Shown piece after piece: positions 18,257-28,181 of a stretch of DNA of 64,000 bases (position 1 is the first letter of the stretch; every line of letters begins with the position of its first letter). A program made the position numbers and the translations under genes. The notes under the pieces are model-generated. The model was given only the letters and a program-made list of their open reading frames with translations. It ran no database searches and was not told the origin of the DNA. The stretch is from positions 2,590-66,589 of the forward strand of contig JBEKQG010000001.1 in NCBI GenBank assembly GCA_049519955.1. The letters run 5' to 3'. The DNA is from Terriglobales bacterium (GTDB lineage: Bacteria > Acidobacteriota > Terriglobia > Terriglobales > Acidobacteriaceae).

Positions 18257-18384
18257 CAGCTTCGGGCTACGAGCCGCGAGCAAGCAAGACAGATTTTAGA
18301 TTTTCTTGGAAAGGTCGATAGGCCAAGCGCTTCATTCTTCGTGCACAAGGGTGCTCGAAGCTCGAAGCTCGCGGCTCGAAGCTG
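18257..18384. repeat. long-range hairpin with tandem-word arms (gctcgaagc / cagcttcg) between rplM and rpsI
   Basis: The left arm cagcttcgggctacgagccgcgagc (18257-18281) is complementary to the right arm gctcgaagctcgaagctcgcggctcgaagctg (18353-18384). Confidence 0.75.
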
Positions 18385-18387
18385 AAA

Positions 18388-18783
18388 ATGGCAGAACTAG
18401 TTCAATACTACGGAACCGGACGGCGCAAGACGGCGATTGCGCGGGTTTTTCTTCGCCCTGGCAGCGGCGAGTTCAAGGTCAACGGCAAGGCGTTCGATGA
18501 ATACTTTGTGACGCCCTCGCAGCGCATCGCCGCGAAAAGGCCGCTGGTCTCGACCGACACCTCGGCCACTTTCAACGTGCTGGCGAACGTGTGCGGCGGC
18601 GGCGTCGCTGGACAAGCCGATGCCGTGCGCCTGGGCATTACACGCGCCCTCATGCTGTTCAACGCGGAACTGCGCAAGAAGCTCAAGGCCGAAGGCATGG
18701 TCACTCGCGACCCGCGCGCCAAAGAGCGCAAAAAATACGGCCAGAAGGGCGCGCGCAAGCGCTTCCAGTTCTCGAAGCGGTAA
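18388..18783 (+). CDS. rpsI: 30S ribosomal protein S9
   Basis: 131-aa ORF: [21 protein letters not shown] ... [24 protein letters not shown]. Confidence 0.97.
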   Translation: MAELVQYYGTGRRKTAIARVFLRPGSGEFKVNGKAFDEYFVTPSQRIAAKRPLVSTDTSATFNVLANVCGGGVAGQADAVRLGITRALMLFNAELRKKLKAEGMVTRDPRAKERKKYGQKGARKRFQFSKR

Positions 18784-18788
18784 AGACA

Positions 18789-18847
18789 GTCGATGGTCGT
18801 TGGTCGATGGTCGTTCGCCAACGACTAACGACCAACGACAAACGACT
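18789..18847. repeat. hairpin with tandem-word arms (gtcgttgg / ccaacgac) after rpsI, terminator-like
   Basis: gtcgatggtcgttggtcgatggtcgttcg pairs with ccaacgactaacgaccaacgacaaacgac. Confidence 0.7.
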
Positions 18848-18954
18848 GGTTTTAGGTGTTCAATTCATCCCCCCACCTCCCCTGAGGCGGGGTGGACGGG
18901 AATGGCAATCCGGGGCCTCTGAGCGTCCGGATGCAGACCAACTGAGGAGGTTGA

Positions 18955-19878
18955 TTGGCAAACATTACGATGAAGGAGTTGCTCGAAGCCGGCGTTCACT
19001 TCGGGCACCAAACCAAGCGGTGGAACCCCAAGATGAAGGAGTTCATCTTTGGCGAGCGCAACGGTATCTATATTATCGATCTGCAGAAGACGCTGAAGAT
19101 GTTCAAGGAAGCGTCGAAGTTCGTGCAGGACCTGGCCGCCGACGGCAGAATCGTTCTCTTCGTCGGCACCAAGCGCCAGGCCCAGGACGCCATTGCCGAA
19201 GAGGCGCAGCGCTGCGGCATGTTCTACGTGAACCAGCGCTGGCTGGGTGGCCTCCTCACCAACTGGATCACCGTGCAGAAATCCGTAAAGCGGCTCAAGG
19301 AACTCGACGATATGGCCACCGATGGCCGTTACGATCTGCTTCCCAAGAAGGAAGTGATCAAGCTCGAGCGCGAGCGCAAGCATCTGCAGGCCAATCTGGC
19401 CGGCATCAAGAACATGACCCGGTTGCCCGATGCGATCTTCGTCGTCGATTCCAACAAAGAGCAGATCGCCGTGCGCGAAGCGCGCAAGCTGGGCATTCCC
19501 GTGGTCGCCGTGGTCGACACCAACTGCGACCCGAGCGAAGTGGATTACGTGATTCCGGGCAACGACGACGCGCTGCGGGCGATCCGGCTGTTTACCTCGA
19601 AGATTTCGGAGTCGATTGCCGAGGGCGGCCACGCCAGGGACGACAAGCAGACGGCGGACATTCAGGCGGCAGCCGAGCCGGCGCCGGCAATTGAAGTTTC
19701 GGGCGTGGAGAATCTGCTCGCCGAAGCCGCGCCGGAAGGCGCAACTGTCAATCCTGCCGTGGCGCCGGAAGGTGAAGAGATCCGCATGGAAGACGTGTTG
19801 GGCAAGGGCACGCGCAAGCGCCCCTCGGCCGCCACCGAAGACGTCGACGAGTTGCAGGCCGAAACGCGCCGCTTCTAG
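18955..19878 (+). CDS. rpsB: 30S ribosomal protein S2 (TTG start, long acidic C-terminal tail)
   Basis: [27 protein letters not shown] aligns with the canonical S2 N-terminus. GAGGAGG lies 4 nt upstream of the TTG. Confidence 0.97.
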   Translation: MANITMKELLEAGVHFGHQTKRWNPKMKEFIFGERNGIYIIDLQKTLKMFKEASKFVQDLAADGRIVLFVGTKRQAQDAIAEEAQRCGMFYVNQRWLGGLLTNWITVQKSVKRLKELDDMATDGRYDLLPKKEVIKLERERKHLQANLAGIKNMTRLPDAIFVVDSNKEQIAVREARKLGIPVVAVVDTNCDPSEVDYVIPGNDDALRAIRLFTSKISESIAEGGHARDDKQTADIQAAAEPAPAIEVSGVENLLAEAAPEGATVNPAVAPEGEEIRMEDVLGKGTRKRPSAATEDVDELQAETRRF

Positions 19879-19901
19879 AGCGTGTTTTATCAATCGGGTT
19901 T

Positions 19902-19969
19902 GGGTAGGGCACGGCTTCAGCCGTGCCGCTTAGGGCCGAGAAAAATGCGGGCTTTAGCCCCTGAGGGCC
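19902..19969. repeat. REP-like element, family 2 (gggcacggcttcagccgtgcc ... gggctttagcccctgagggc)
   Basis: Two short hairpins in tandem. There is a reverse-orientation copy at 59749-59815 and an in-frame coding copy at 34787-34855. Confidence 0.8.
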
Positions 19970-20017
19970 ATACCTTCCAATCTGAATGTTATTTGGAAAT
20001 ACGCTTCTATTAAATTG

Positions 20018-20139
20018 CAGGTTTCAGGGTTTCAAGGTTGCAAAGTTTCAGGGTTGTAACCTTGATTCAACCTCACTGTGGCCCCCCGGCTGACCCTCCT
20101 TGAAACTTGAAACCTTGAAACTTTGTAACTTTGAAACTG
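20018..20139. repeat. hairpin with tandem-word arms (gtttcaagg / ccttgaaac) between rpsB and tsf
   Basis: The left arm (20018-20066) and right arm (20098-20139) are degenerate arrays of complementary 8-9-nt words. Confidence 0.7.
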
Positions 20140-20148
20140 AGGCCCTTA

Positions 20149-20826
20149 ATGAGTACGACTATGGCAAACATTTCCGCTGCACAAGTGAAAGAGCTCCGCG
20201 AAAAGACCGGAGCGCCCATGATGGACTGCAAGCACGCCCTCACCGAAGCCCAAGGCGACATGGAACAGGCAATCGTCGTGTTGCGCAAGAAGGGTGTGTC
20301 CGTGGCCGCCAAGAAAGCGGCGCGCACCACCAGTGAAGGCTCCATCGCCAGCTACATTCATGCCGGAGGCAAAATCGGCGTGCTGCTCGAGGTCAACTGC
20401 GAAAGCGATTTCGTCGCTCGCACAGAAGATTTCAAAGAGCTGACCCACGACATCGCCATGCACATCGCCGCCAGCGATCCGCGATACGTTCGCAAAGAGG
20501 ACGTGACCCCGGAAGCCTTCGCGCGCGAGAAGGATATTTTTCTCGCCCAGGCCATCGCCAGCGGCAAGCCCGCGAACATCGCCGAGAAAATGGTGGTCGG
20601 CAAGATGGAAAAGTTCTACGAAGAGGTCTGCCTCCTCGAACAGCCCTTCATCAAAGACCAGACCATCAGCATCGCGCAGCTCATCGCCGCCAAGGTGGGC
20701 AAACTGGGCGAGAACATCGCCGTGCGCCGCTACGCCCGCTTCAAAGTCGGCGACGCCAGCGCAACCGTGGCCTTCGTCACCGCCAAGCCCGACAGCGAGG
20801 GCGGCGAGGCCCCGGCTGCCAAGTAG
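20149..20826 (+). CDS. tsf: translation elongation factor Ts
   Basis: MSTTMANISAAQVKELREKTGAPMMDCKHALTEAQGDMEQAIVVLRKKG is the canonical EF-Ts N-terminus. The start was chosen at ATG 20149 with GAGG 7 nt upstream; the ORF track start is 20131. Confidence 0.93.
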   Translation: MSTTMANISAAQVKELREKTGAPMMDCKHALTEAQGDMEQAIVVLRKKGVSVAAKKAARTTSEGSIASYIHAGGKIGVLLEVNCESDFVARTEDFKELTHDIAMHIAASDPRYVRKEDVTPEAFAREKDIFLAQAIASGKPANIAEKMVVGKMEKFYEEVCLLEQPFIKDQTISIAQLIAAKVGKLGENIAVRRYARFKVGDASATVAFVTAKPDSEGGEAPAAK

Positions 20827-20839
20827 CAGCCGAATAATT

Positions 20840-20870
20840 AAGGGGCGCTGCGGCGCCCCTTTTGATTTAT
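20840..20870 (+). terminator. Rho-independent terminator after tsf
   Basis: Stem ggggcgc, loop tgcg, stem gcgcccc, followed by ttttgattt. Confidence 0.65.
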
Positions 20871-20972
20871 GCTTCCCCCATGCGGTTTCGCTCGCTTAAC
20901 TCTGTGTTGTCATCCTGAGCGAAGCGAAGGACCTATGTATTTGGATCTGCCTGCGGCTGCGCGAGAACTTCA

Positions 20973-21689
20973 TTGCATCAGAATTACAACCCAAAACGAG
21001 AACTCGACAGGTTGTCTGATTACTCGGATCAGTCTTTGCTGACGGAATTGCGGCGAATAGCAAACGCTGTCGGCAGGACTTCGCTGACAGTCAGAGACAT
21101 TGAAGATTACGGTCGCTGTAGTTATGCGTTATTGAAGCAGCGGTTCGGTGGATTGCGGGCCGCCATGAAGGCCGCCAGTCTTGGCACCGTGGAGTTTCAC
21201 CGTAATGTTCCTGATGAGGAACTGCTGAAGGAGCTTGCCCGCATTTGGGATTTAGTTCTGACCGGCGAAGGTCGGAGGCCTTATAAGGATGACCTGTCGA
21301 GACACGGGTCGAGGTTCTCTTACGGCCCCTACTACCGCCGCTGGGGATCTTGGATCGGGGCATGTGAAGCGCTCCTCGATTGGGAACCAAAGACCCCGAC
21401 AAATGAGTCAACAGAACGGTCAGATGCAGCGGTTACGTCAACCCGCCTGGCACGGAATCGCAAACGTCAAATTCCGTTGAAGATTCGATACGCCATTCTT
21501 CTTCGCGACCGTTTTACATGTCAAGTTTGCGGACGCAGCCCCTCATCCAGTCCCGGCCTGCAGGTTGACGTAGATCACATCAAGTCGGAGGCGGACGGGG
21601 GTGCCCTTGAACAATCGAACCTGCGTTGCCTATGCCGCGACTGCAATGTTGGTAAAGGCCCCTACTCCGAGAAGTTGGAGTTACACTGA
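20973..21689 (+). CDS. HNH endonuclease with N-terminal homing-endonuclease-associated repeats
   Basis: 238-aa ORF with a TTG start. The C-terminal HNH/zinc-finger region reads CQVCGRS...[32 protein letters not shown]. Two N-terminal repeats ([26 protein letters not shown]..., [29 protein letters not shown]...) are present. GC is visibly lower than in the neighbours. Confidence 0.8.
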   Translation: MHQNYNPKRELDRLSDYSDQSLLTELRRIANAVGRTSLTVRDIEDYGRCSYALLKQRFGGLRAAMKAASLGTVEFHRNVPDEELLKELARIWDLVLTGEGRRPYKDDLSRHGSRFSYGPYYRRWGSWIGACEALLDWEPKTPTNESTERSDAAVTSTRLARNRKRQIPLKIRYAILLRDRFTCQVCGRSPSSSPGLQVDVDHIKSEADGGALEQSNLRCLCRDCNVGKGPYSEKLELH

Positions 21690-21697
21690 TTAAACAA

Positions 21698-22414
21698 ATG
21701 CCGACACCCGTCTTCAAACGCATTCTTCTGAAAATCTCCGGCGAAGCCCTGGCGGCCGATCAAGGCTTCGGCGTCGACACAACCCGCATTCATGAAATCG
21801 CCGCTGAACTTGCCGACGTACACACGCTCGACATCCAGATGGCCATCGTCGTAGGCGGCGGCAATTTCTTTCGCGGGGTTGCCGACCAGGCCAAGGACAT
21901 GGACCGCGTCTCCGCCGATCATATGGGCATGTTGGCCACCGTCATCAACGCGCTGGCGCTCCAGGACGCTCTCGAAAAACAGAACGTTTACACCCGCGTG
22001 CAGTCGGCCATCGAGATGAACCAGGTGGCCGAGCCCTTCATCCGCCGCCGCGCCATCCGTCATCTGGAAAAAGGACGCATCGTCATCTTCGCCGGCGGCA
22101 CCGGCAATCCTTATTTCTCGACCGATACGGCCGCCTCGCTGCGCGCCATGGAAATCAAGGCCGACGCCATCCTCAAGGCCACCAAAGTGGACGGCATCTA
22201 TGACGCCGACCCGATGAAGGTGCCGGACGCCAAGAAATTTTCGCAACTTACCTACATGGATGTTCTCAAGCTGGGCCTCAAGGTGATGGACTCGACCGCC
22301 ATTTCCTTGTGCAAGGACAACAATCTGCCCATCATCGTCTTCAACCTGAACCACCACGGCAATATCCGCCGCGTGGTTCTCGGCGAGAAGATTGGCTCGC
22401 TGGTCAGCGCGTAG
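21698..22414 (+). CDS. pyrH: UMP kinase
   Basis: 238-aa ORF: [13 protein letters not shown]...[10 protein letters not shown]...[19 protein letters not shown]. Confidence 0.95.
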   Translation: MPTPVFKRILLKISGEALAADQGFGVDTTRIHEIAAELADVHTLDIQMAIVVGGGNFFRGVADQAKDMDRVSADHMGMLATVINALALQDALEKQNVYTRVQSAIEMNQVAEPFIRRRAIRHLEKGRIVIFAGGTGNPYFSTDTAASLRAMEIKADAILKATKVDGIYDADPMKVPDAKKFSQLTYMDVLKLGLKVMDSTAISLCKDNNLPIIVFNLNHHGNIRRVVLGEKIGSLVSA

Positions 22415-22415
22415 C

Positions 22416-22495
22416 GAAAGTCAAAAGTCAGAAGTCAAATTGAAGAAGTTTGAGCAGGTTTACCTCTTCAATTTGACTTTTGCCTTTTGACTTCC
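22416..22495. repeat. hairpin with tandem-word arms (gtcaaaag) between pyrH and frr
   Basis: gaaagtcaaaagtcagaagtcaaattgaagaag pairs with ctcttcaatttgacttttgccttttgacttcc. Confidence 0.8.
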
Positions 22496-22542
22496 TCTAT
22501 AATCGAGCGTTTAATCCCAGTTCATCCTAGGAGCACCGAGCT

Positions 22543-23115
22543 ATGGCTCATCCTGCCCTGAAAGAAGTTTACGCAACCCTGAAGACGCGCATGGACAAGG
22601 CGGTGGAGGACTTCCGCCGCGAAATGACCGCCACCCGCACCGGGCGCGCCAATGTCCACATGCTCGACACCGTTTCCGTCGACTACTACGGAACCCAGAT
22701 GCCGCTCAACCAAGTCGCCCAGATTCACGCGCCCGAGCCGCAGATGATCACGGTGCAGCCGTTCGATACTTCTCAGATGGGGGCGATCGAAAAGGCCATC
22801 CGCAGCGCCGACCTCGGCCTCAACCCCATGAACGACGGCAAGCTGGTGCGCGTCCCCGTGCCCGCGCTCACCGAAGAGCGCCGCAAGGACATGGTCAAGC
22901 ACCTGCACCGCATCCTCGAAGAACATCGCACCGCCATCCGCAACGTCCGCCGCGACGGCAACGAGGCCATCAAGAAGGCGATGAAAGACAAGAAAATCGC
23001 CGAGGACGACGAGAAGCGCGCCCTCGACGAAATCCAGAAGCTCACCGACGACGAAATCAAGAAGATGGAAGAGATGAGCAAGGCGAAAGAGAAAGAAGTC
23101 CTGGAGTTCAGGTAA
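22543..23115 (+). CDS. frr: ribosome recycling factor
   Basis: 190-aa ORF: RTGRANVHMLDTVSVDYYGTQMPLNQVAQI...LGLNPMNDGKLVRVPVPALTEERRKD. Confidence 0.95.
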   Translation: MAHPALKEVYATLKTRMDKAVEDFRREMTATRTGRANVHMLDTVSVDYYGTQMPLNQVAQIHAPEPQMITVQPFDTSQMGAIEKAIRSADLGLNPMNDGKLVRVPVPALTEERRKDMVKHLHRILEEHRTAIRNVRRDGNEAIKKAMKDKKIAEDDEKRALDEIQKLTDDEIKKMEEMSKAKEKEVLEFR

Positions 23116-23457
23116 ATCTCCCGTAGAGACGCGGCTTGCCGCGTCTCCATTCGCAACCGGAAAAGCACCCAGCCCCGCCTCTACCCGCCGGAAGAACCTG
23201 CGGGGGCTGTCGCCGCGCGCGCCAATTGGATGCGACACAGTCCCGGTGGCGGCAATATTAGTGCGCCAGCCTCGGAAATACTTTTCCGCCTTGGGCAACG
23301 CGGCGCCGCCAGTTCCCGTCTCTGTTGAGGTGGAACTTTTTCGGGCGTGACTTTTCCGGAGGAATCGAGGCAGGCAACCGCTTCTGGATCTTGGGCCTTT
23401 AGCGAAGAGCAAAAGGCGAAGAGCGAAAAGCCAACAGCCAAGAGCGATTTTTCCGCC

Positions 23458-23487
23458 TTGGACGGTTCCCACTCTCTACCGTATAAT
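23458..23487 (+). promoter_or_regulatory. candidate sigma70-type promoter for bamA
   Basis: TTGGAC (23458-23463), an 18-nt spacer, then TATAAT (23482-23487). Pattern match only. Confidence 0.35.
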
Positions 23488-23552
23488 TACCGTTTTCCCA
23501 ACTCTAGTTTTTCGAGGTAGTTGCGATTCATCGTCGGCATAATGGTATCCCT

Positions 23553-26486
23553 GTGCGGGCCCCGGAACTCGGCCACGACATGGGCTCGCAGCGAGACGCG
23601 ACTCCGTCTCCATCTACTTCCGCCACAAGAGCTTGGCAGTATAACTCTGTCTGGCATCGGCTCCTCGTTCTGTTCGCGCTTGTGCTCCTGGCTGCCCCCG
23701 TGGTCGCGCAGCAGGACCTCATTGTTGAAATCAAGATCCATGGCAACCGCCGTATCCCGGTCGACACCGTCAGGGCCCGCATCTTCAGCAAGGCCGGCGA
23801 CGTTTACGACACCGCCGCCATCGAACGCGACTTCAACGCCCTCTGGAACACGGGCTACTTCGAGGACATCCGCTTCGAGCGCGAACCAAGCGCCAAAGGT
23901 TGGGTCCTGCACATCTATGTCAAAGAGCGGCCGACGATCCGAGAGATCAACTACAGCGGCCTGAGTGCCGTCCCCACCAGCGACGTGCTCGACCGCTTCA
24001 AGGAGCGCAAGGTTGGACTCTCGGTCGAGAGCCAGTACGATCCCACCAAGGTCAAGAAGGCCGAAGTCACCCTGAAACAACTGCTCGCCGAGCACGGGCG
24101 TCAGTTCGCCACCATCCGCACCGAAGTCCGCCCCATCCCGCCCGCTGCCGTCGCCGTCACTTTTGTCATCAAGGAGGGGCCCAAGGTCAAGGTTGGCCAC
24201 ATCCGCTTTCGCGGCAACAAACATATCAATGACCGCACGCTGCGCGCGGCCATGAAGAACCTCAAGCCCATCGGCATTCCGCACTCCATCTTCCTCGAGA
24301 ACATCTTCGCCAAGACCTACGACGCCACCAAGCTCGAAGAGGATACCGAACGCGTCCGCGCCGAATTCCAGAACCGCGGCTACTTCAAGGTGCTGGTTGA
24401 CGAGCCCAAAACCGAGATCCACGATACCGGACACACAGGCATGCGCCTGCCAATGCTCCAGTCCGGGGTCGGAAAATCCGTCGATATCACCATGCCCATC
24501 GAGGAGGGCGATCGCTACCGCCTCGGCACCATCACCTTCAAGAACAACAAGGCCATTCCGAACAACGCCGCCTTGCGCACCCTTTTCCCGATGAAGGACG
24601 GCGACATTTTCAACCGCCAAAAAGTCGGCAAGGGTCTCGAGAACCTGCGCAAAGCCTACGGCGAGGCCGGCTACATTAACTTCACCTCCGTCCCCGACAC
24701 CAAGTTCGACGACGACAAGAAGACCGTCGATTTGGTCATCGACGTGGACGAAGGCAAGCAGTTCTATGTGCGCCGCATCGAGTTCCAGGGCAACACCACC
24801 ACGCGCGACAAAGTCATCCGCCGCGAAGTTGCGCTGGAAGAAGGCCAGATCTACAACTCGCGCTACTGGGAACTGAGCCTCCTTCGCCTGAACCAGCTCG
24901 GCTATTTTGAGCGGCTCAAGCCCGACGATCCCAATACCACCGAACGCCATCTCGATGAAAAGGCCGGCACCGTCGATCTCACCCTGAAGGTGAAGGAAAA
25001 AGGGAAGAACAGCATCGGCCTGAATGGCGGCGCCAGCGGCCTGGCCGGCGCTTTTGTTGGCATCAACTACGCCACCAACAATTTCCTTGGATTAGGCGAG
25101 ACGCTTTCCGTGCAGGCCAGCATCGGCGCCCGCCAGCGCGATGTCGTCTTCGGTTTCACCGAGCCCTACTTGTTCGACCGCCCCATCCAGGCCGGTTTCA
25201 ACGTTTACATGCGGAAGACCAACTTCGACCAGGCCCGGCAGTATGCCATTGCCAGTGGGCAGAATCTGAATCTGCCTTCGGTCTACCTGCAGAACCTGCA
25301 GAACTACTCGCAGTCCAGTACCGGCGCGAGCCTCACCTTAAGCTATCCGCTGCACCGCTCCTTCAAGCGTTTTGGCATCAACTACTCCTTCGACCGCTCC
25401 TCGCTGGTCGCCGTCAGCAACGCTTCCAAGATATTGTTCGAGAATCTTAACTTCCGCGGCATCACCGGCCCCAACGCGCTCAACGGCATCGTCACCAGCA
25501 AGATCACCCCCAGCTTCACCGTGAACACCCTCGATTCGCCGTACGCGCCCCACCATGGCAAGAGCCTGTTCATCGGCGGCGAGTTTTCCGGTCTCGGCGG
25601 CACGGTCCACACCATCCGTCCCGTCGTCCAGTTCAAGCAGTTCTTCCCCGTCCAGAAACGCCGCAATGCCGTGGGCTACAATCTTCAGGTGTCGTTTATC
25701 ACAGGCTTCGGCGGGGTTGTCGCGCCTCCCTTTGAACGCTCCTACCTCGGCGGCGAAAACGATCTGCGCGGTTTCGATACGCGCATGGTTTCTCCCCTCG
25801 CCTACCTGCCCGGCGTCCAGAGCGTGCCCCTCCGGAACCCCGACGGTTCCTTGGTCCCCGCCAATCCCAACTTTCCGGTTCAGGCCGGTTCCTCGGGAGC
25901 ATGCCTCAGCAACTGCTTCAACATCCCGGTTCCGTTCCAGCAAATCGTAACTCCCGGCGGCGACCTCAGTATGCACGGCAACTTCGAATACCGCATCACC
26001 ATCGCCGGCCCGGTCGCCATTGCGCCCTTTGTCGATATCGGTACCGACCCCATCCTCCGCACCTCGCAGTTGCAGATCAACCCGGTTCAGTTCCAAACCC
26101 TGGAAGGTACACTGTTCGGCTGCCCGTTGCGGACTGCGGCCACCGGTTACGCTTGCGAGGGCGGGGCAAAGATTCCGGGATTCTCGCAATATCTCAAGCC
26201 GGTTCCCGGCACCAACTGGGTTGTGCGCATGTCCACCGGAATTGAATTGCAGACCATGCTTCCGGTCCTCAATGCGCCCTTCCGCATTTACTATGCCTAC
26301 AACGCCATGCGCCTCGACGGCAGCGCAACGCCGCCCATCCAATTCACACCCTCCATGTTTCCTTTCGGCGAGTACTATAACGCCGCTAAGTATACTTATC
26401 AGCTGACGCAATCGACCCTTGGCTCCAGATACACGCTCCTCGAACCACGAAAGACCTTCCGCTTCACCGTGGCCACAACGTTCTAA
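23553..26486 (+). CDS. bamA: outer membrane protein assembly factor BamA
   Basis: 977-aa ORF. It has a signal-like segment LLVLFALVLLAAPVVAQQ, POTRA-type repeats (IKIHGNRRIP..., IRFRGNKHIND..., ITFKNNKAIP..., IEFQGNTTTRDKVIRRE) and a C-terminal beta-barrel ending in F. The true start may be the ATG at 23580. Confidence 0.9.
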   Translation: MRAPELGHDMGSQRDATPSPSTSATRAWQYNSVWHRLLVLFALVLLAAPVVAQQDLIVEIKIHGNRRIPVDTVRARIFSKAGDVYDTAAIERDFNALWNTGYFEDIRFEREPSAKGWVLHIYVKERPTIREINYSGLSAVPTSDVLDRFKERKVGLSVESQYDPTKVKKAEVTLKQLLAEHGRQFATIRTEVRPIPPAAVAVTFVIKEGPKVKVGHIRFRGNKHINDRTLRAAMKNLKPIGIPHSIFLENIFAKTYDATKLEEDTERVRAEFQNRGYFKVLVDEPKTEIHDTGHTGMRLPMLQSGVGKSVDITMPIEEGDRYRLGTITFKNNKAIPNNAALRTLFPMKDGDIFNRQKVGKGLENLRKAYGEAGYINFTSVPDTKFDDDKKTVDLVIDVDEGKQFYVRRIEFQGNTTTRDKVIRREVALEEGQIYNSRYWELSLLRLNQLGYFERLKPDDPNTTERHLDEKAGTVDLTLKVKEKGKNSIGLNGGASGLAGAFVGINYATNNFLGLGETLSVQASIGARQRDVVFGFTEPYLFDRPIQAGFNVYMRKTNFDQARQYAIASGQNLNLPSVYLQNLQNYSQSSTGASLTLSYPLHRSFKRFGINYSFDRSSLVAVSNASKILFENLNFRGITGPNALNGIVTSKITPSFTVNTLDSPYAPHHGKSLFIGGEFSGLGGTVHTIRPVVQFKQFFPVQKRRNAVGYNLQVSFITGFGGVVAPPFERSYLGGENDLRGFDTRMVSPLAYLPGVQSVPLRNPDGSLVPANPNFPVQAGSSGACLSNCFNIPVPFQQIVTPGGDLSMHGNFEYRITIAGPVAIAPFVDIGTDPILRTSQLQINPVQFQTLEGTLFGCPLRTAATGYACEGGAKIPGFSQYLKPVPGTNWVVRMSTGIELQTMLPVLNAPFRIYYAYNAMRLDGSATPPIQFTPSMFPFGEYYNAAKYTYQLTQSTLGSRYTLLEPRKTFRFTVATTF

Positions 26487-26488
26487 GA

Positions 26489-26650
26489 GCAGTTCCCGGT
26501 TCTCAGTTCCCAGAATTTGGGCCGCAGCATTTCCCACTGCGTTATTTCTTGGCTTGCAAACTTTGAAACATTAGACTCTCGGGGGATTCGCCATTCAACT
26601 CGGGGGGGGTACTGAGAACTGAGAACTGAGAACTGAGAACTGGGAACTGC
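26489..26650. repeat. long-range hairpin: left arm gcagttcccggttctcagttcccag, right arm (ctgagaa)x4-ctgggaactgc
   Basis: The arms at 26489-26513 and 26612-26650 are complementary. They lie between the convergent bamA and radical SAM genes. Confidence 0.8.
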
Positions 26651-26651
26651 C

Positions 26652-27671
26652 CTACTCAATCTGCACCAGCCGGCTCGCCGACTCCGACGCTGTCGCCGGC
26701 CTTTGCGGCGCGCGCCACGCATCCAGCACCGATACCTGGTGCACGCACGAGACCGTGCAATGCGGCGCGCACGGCTTCTCCGTCTGGAATTCGCGCCGCA
26801 CATCGGCAATCGTGTATTTCTCCAGCGGAATGCCGGGATACCCGCGCTGCTGCGAGCAGTAATGCACCAGCCCGTCCTCGCAAATGTAGAGGTAGCGCGC
26901 CCCGGCGCGGCAGCGCCACTGGTTCGGGCGTCCCAGCGCGATGTTGTCTTGAAACGCATTCACCCGCGTGAAGCTGCGCTTCTCCAGTCCCTTCATCTCG
27001 TGGTACACGCGCCGTTCCTCGTCGTTCAACGGCTGCACCTGCCCCGACCCGTCGTGAATGATTCCCACCGTCGAGCTGAATCCCAACTCCAGCGCGCGCC
27101 GGCCGATGGTGAGCGCGTCCTGCGGATGGCTCACTCCGCCTCCCACCACCGAATTGATGTTCACATGAAATTCCGCGTGCTCGCCCAGTAGTTGCAGTTT
27201 CCGGTCCAGCACCTTCAGACTTTTCTTCGAAACTTCGTCGGGATTCACGTTATCAATCGAAATCTGCAGCCACTCCAGCCCCGCTCGGTTCAGACGCTGG
27301 ATGCGTTCCGCAGTCAGCAGATACCCATTCGTGATCAGCCCCGACACGATCCGGCGTTTCCGCATGTGGTGAATGATGTCGTCCAGTTGCGGATGCAGCA
27401 GCGGCTCGCCGCCGCTGATCGTGATCACCGATGTGCCCAGAGCCCCCAGCAGATCTACCCTCCGCAACATCTCGTCGGTGGGCACGGGTTTGGAAAAATT
27501 GTCGAACTCGTTGCAGTACGTGCAAGCCAGATTGCAGCGCCGCATCGGAATCAGATGCGCCAGCAGAGGATGGTCCGTCGACACCAAGGCCTTCAGGATT
27601 TGCCATAATCCATGCGCGTCCCGTTCCACCGCCTTGAACTTACGGCGCAATGCCACGAACCTGGTTGCCAT
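26652..27671 (-). CDS. radical SAM protein with Cys-rich C-terminal (SPASM/twitch-like) extension
   Basis: 339-aa ORF. It has a CNLACTYC (CxxxCxxC) cluster motif, the GGEPLL motif, and C-terminal cysteines ([16 protein letters not shown]...HYCS...CAPHCTVSC). Confidence 0.8.
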   Translation of the reverse strand: MATRFVALRRKFKAVERDAHGLWQILKALVSTDHPLLAHLIPMRRCNLACTYCNEFDNFSKPVPTDEMLRRVDLLGALGTSVITISGGEPLLHPQLDDIIHHMRKRRIVSGLITNGYLLTAERIQRLNRAGLEWLQISIDNVNPDEVSKKSLKVLDRKLQLLGEHAEFHVNINSVVGGGVSHPQDALTIGRRALELGFSSTVGIIHDGSGQVQPLNDEERRVYHEMKGLEKRSFTRVNAFQDNIALGRPNQWRCRAGARYLYICEDGLVHYCSQQRGYPGIPLEKYTIADVRREFQTEKPCAPHCTVSCVHQVSVLDAWRAPQRPATASESASRLVQIE

Positions 27672-27788
27672 CGTGATCCTATTTCACCACAGCGACCGGC
27701 CCAGTGCCGAACTCACCGCAGTGTTTGGGTGAAAAGCGGGGTCGAATGGCAAGACGCTTAGCTCCGGAGTGTCAACCCCTGTTTAGGG

Positions 27789-27900
27789 TACCCCCCTCCC
27801 CCCCGGTCTATTGGAATCAAGACGTTAGGGGGGATTCCCCGCCAAAGTCTTGAGCGCAATGGGTTTAGAGGCAAAGTCTTGACAACAAAGGAGTTGGTCG
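27789..27900. promoter_or_regulatory. C-tract plus two 29-bp-spaced caaagtcttga repeats upstream of the TIR gene
   Basis: The C-tract tacccccctcccccccgg is at 27789-27806. caaagtcttga occurs at 27843 and 27872, a 29-bp period. The same architecture in inverse orientation is at 42266-42353. Function is unknown. Confidence 0.4.
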
Positions 27901-28181
27901 GATGCTTTTCTAGAAGGCCAGCCAGCTTGGCCCTATTTTCCCTTCCCGGTAGATTGTCAAAGACCAAACGATTGCGGTGCGCTGAACACTTACTTCTATT
28001 GTAACAAGGGATGTCAATGGAAATTCGACAGCTTTGCCCGCAACGTCCGCACCCGAACCCGCCCTGCTTTTTGCGGCGAACTGCAGACCCCTCACGTTTC
28101 TCATAACTCGTTTACCACCTTTGCAACGGCAGGGCCGCAGCATAGTATGATGAGCGCCAATAAGAACGGAAGGCTGGCGCC

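Noticed and set aside
18591-19893. 367-aa plus-strand ORF (18591-19694) and 342-aa minus-strand ORF (18865-19893) overlapping rpsI and rpsB
   Set aside because: The first is an out-of-frame, Arg-rich reading of the rpsI and rpsB regions and the second is antisense to rpsB. The ribosomal protein frames are unambiguous.
23487-26537. 487-aa and 399-aa minus-strand ORFs opposite bamA
   Set aside because: They are antisense to a gene with POTRA repeats and a beta-barrel. Their Gly/Asp/Val-rich translations are typical of reverse-frame artefacts.
26612-26650. Possible CRISPR array or microsatellite locus at the (ctgagaa)n stretches; the same question applies to 29246-29289 and 63094-63139
   Set aside because: The units are 7-16 nt, contiguous and without spacers, and no cas genes are present. 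They behave as hairpin arms or tandem-word arrays, not CRISPR repeats.
26652-27671. Radical SAM gene as a prokaryotic viperin (pVip) defence gene
   Set aside because: The sequence around the CxxxCxxC motif and the Cys-rich SPASM/twitch-like C-terminus look like maturase or MoaA-type enzymes rather than viperin. No nucleotide-kinase partner is present. I kept only the adjacency to the TIR gene as an observation.
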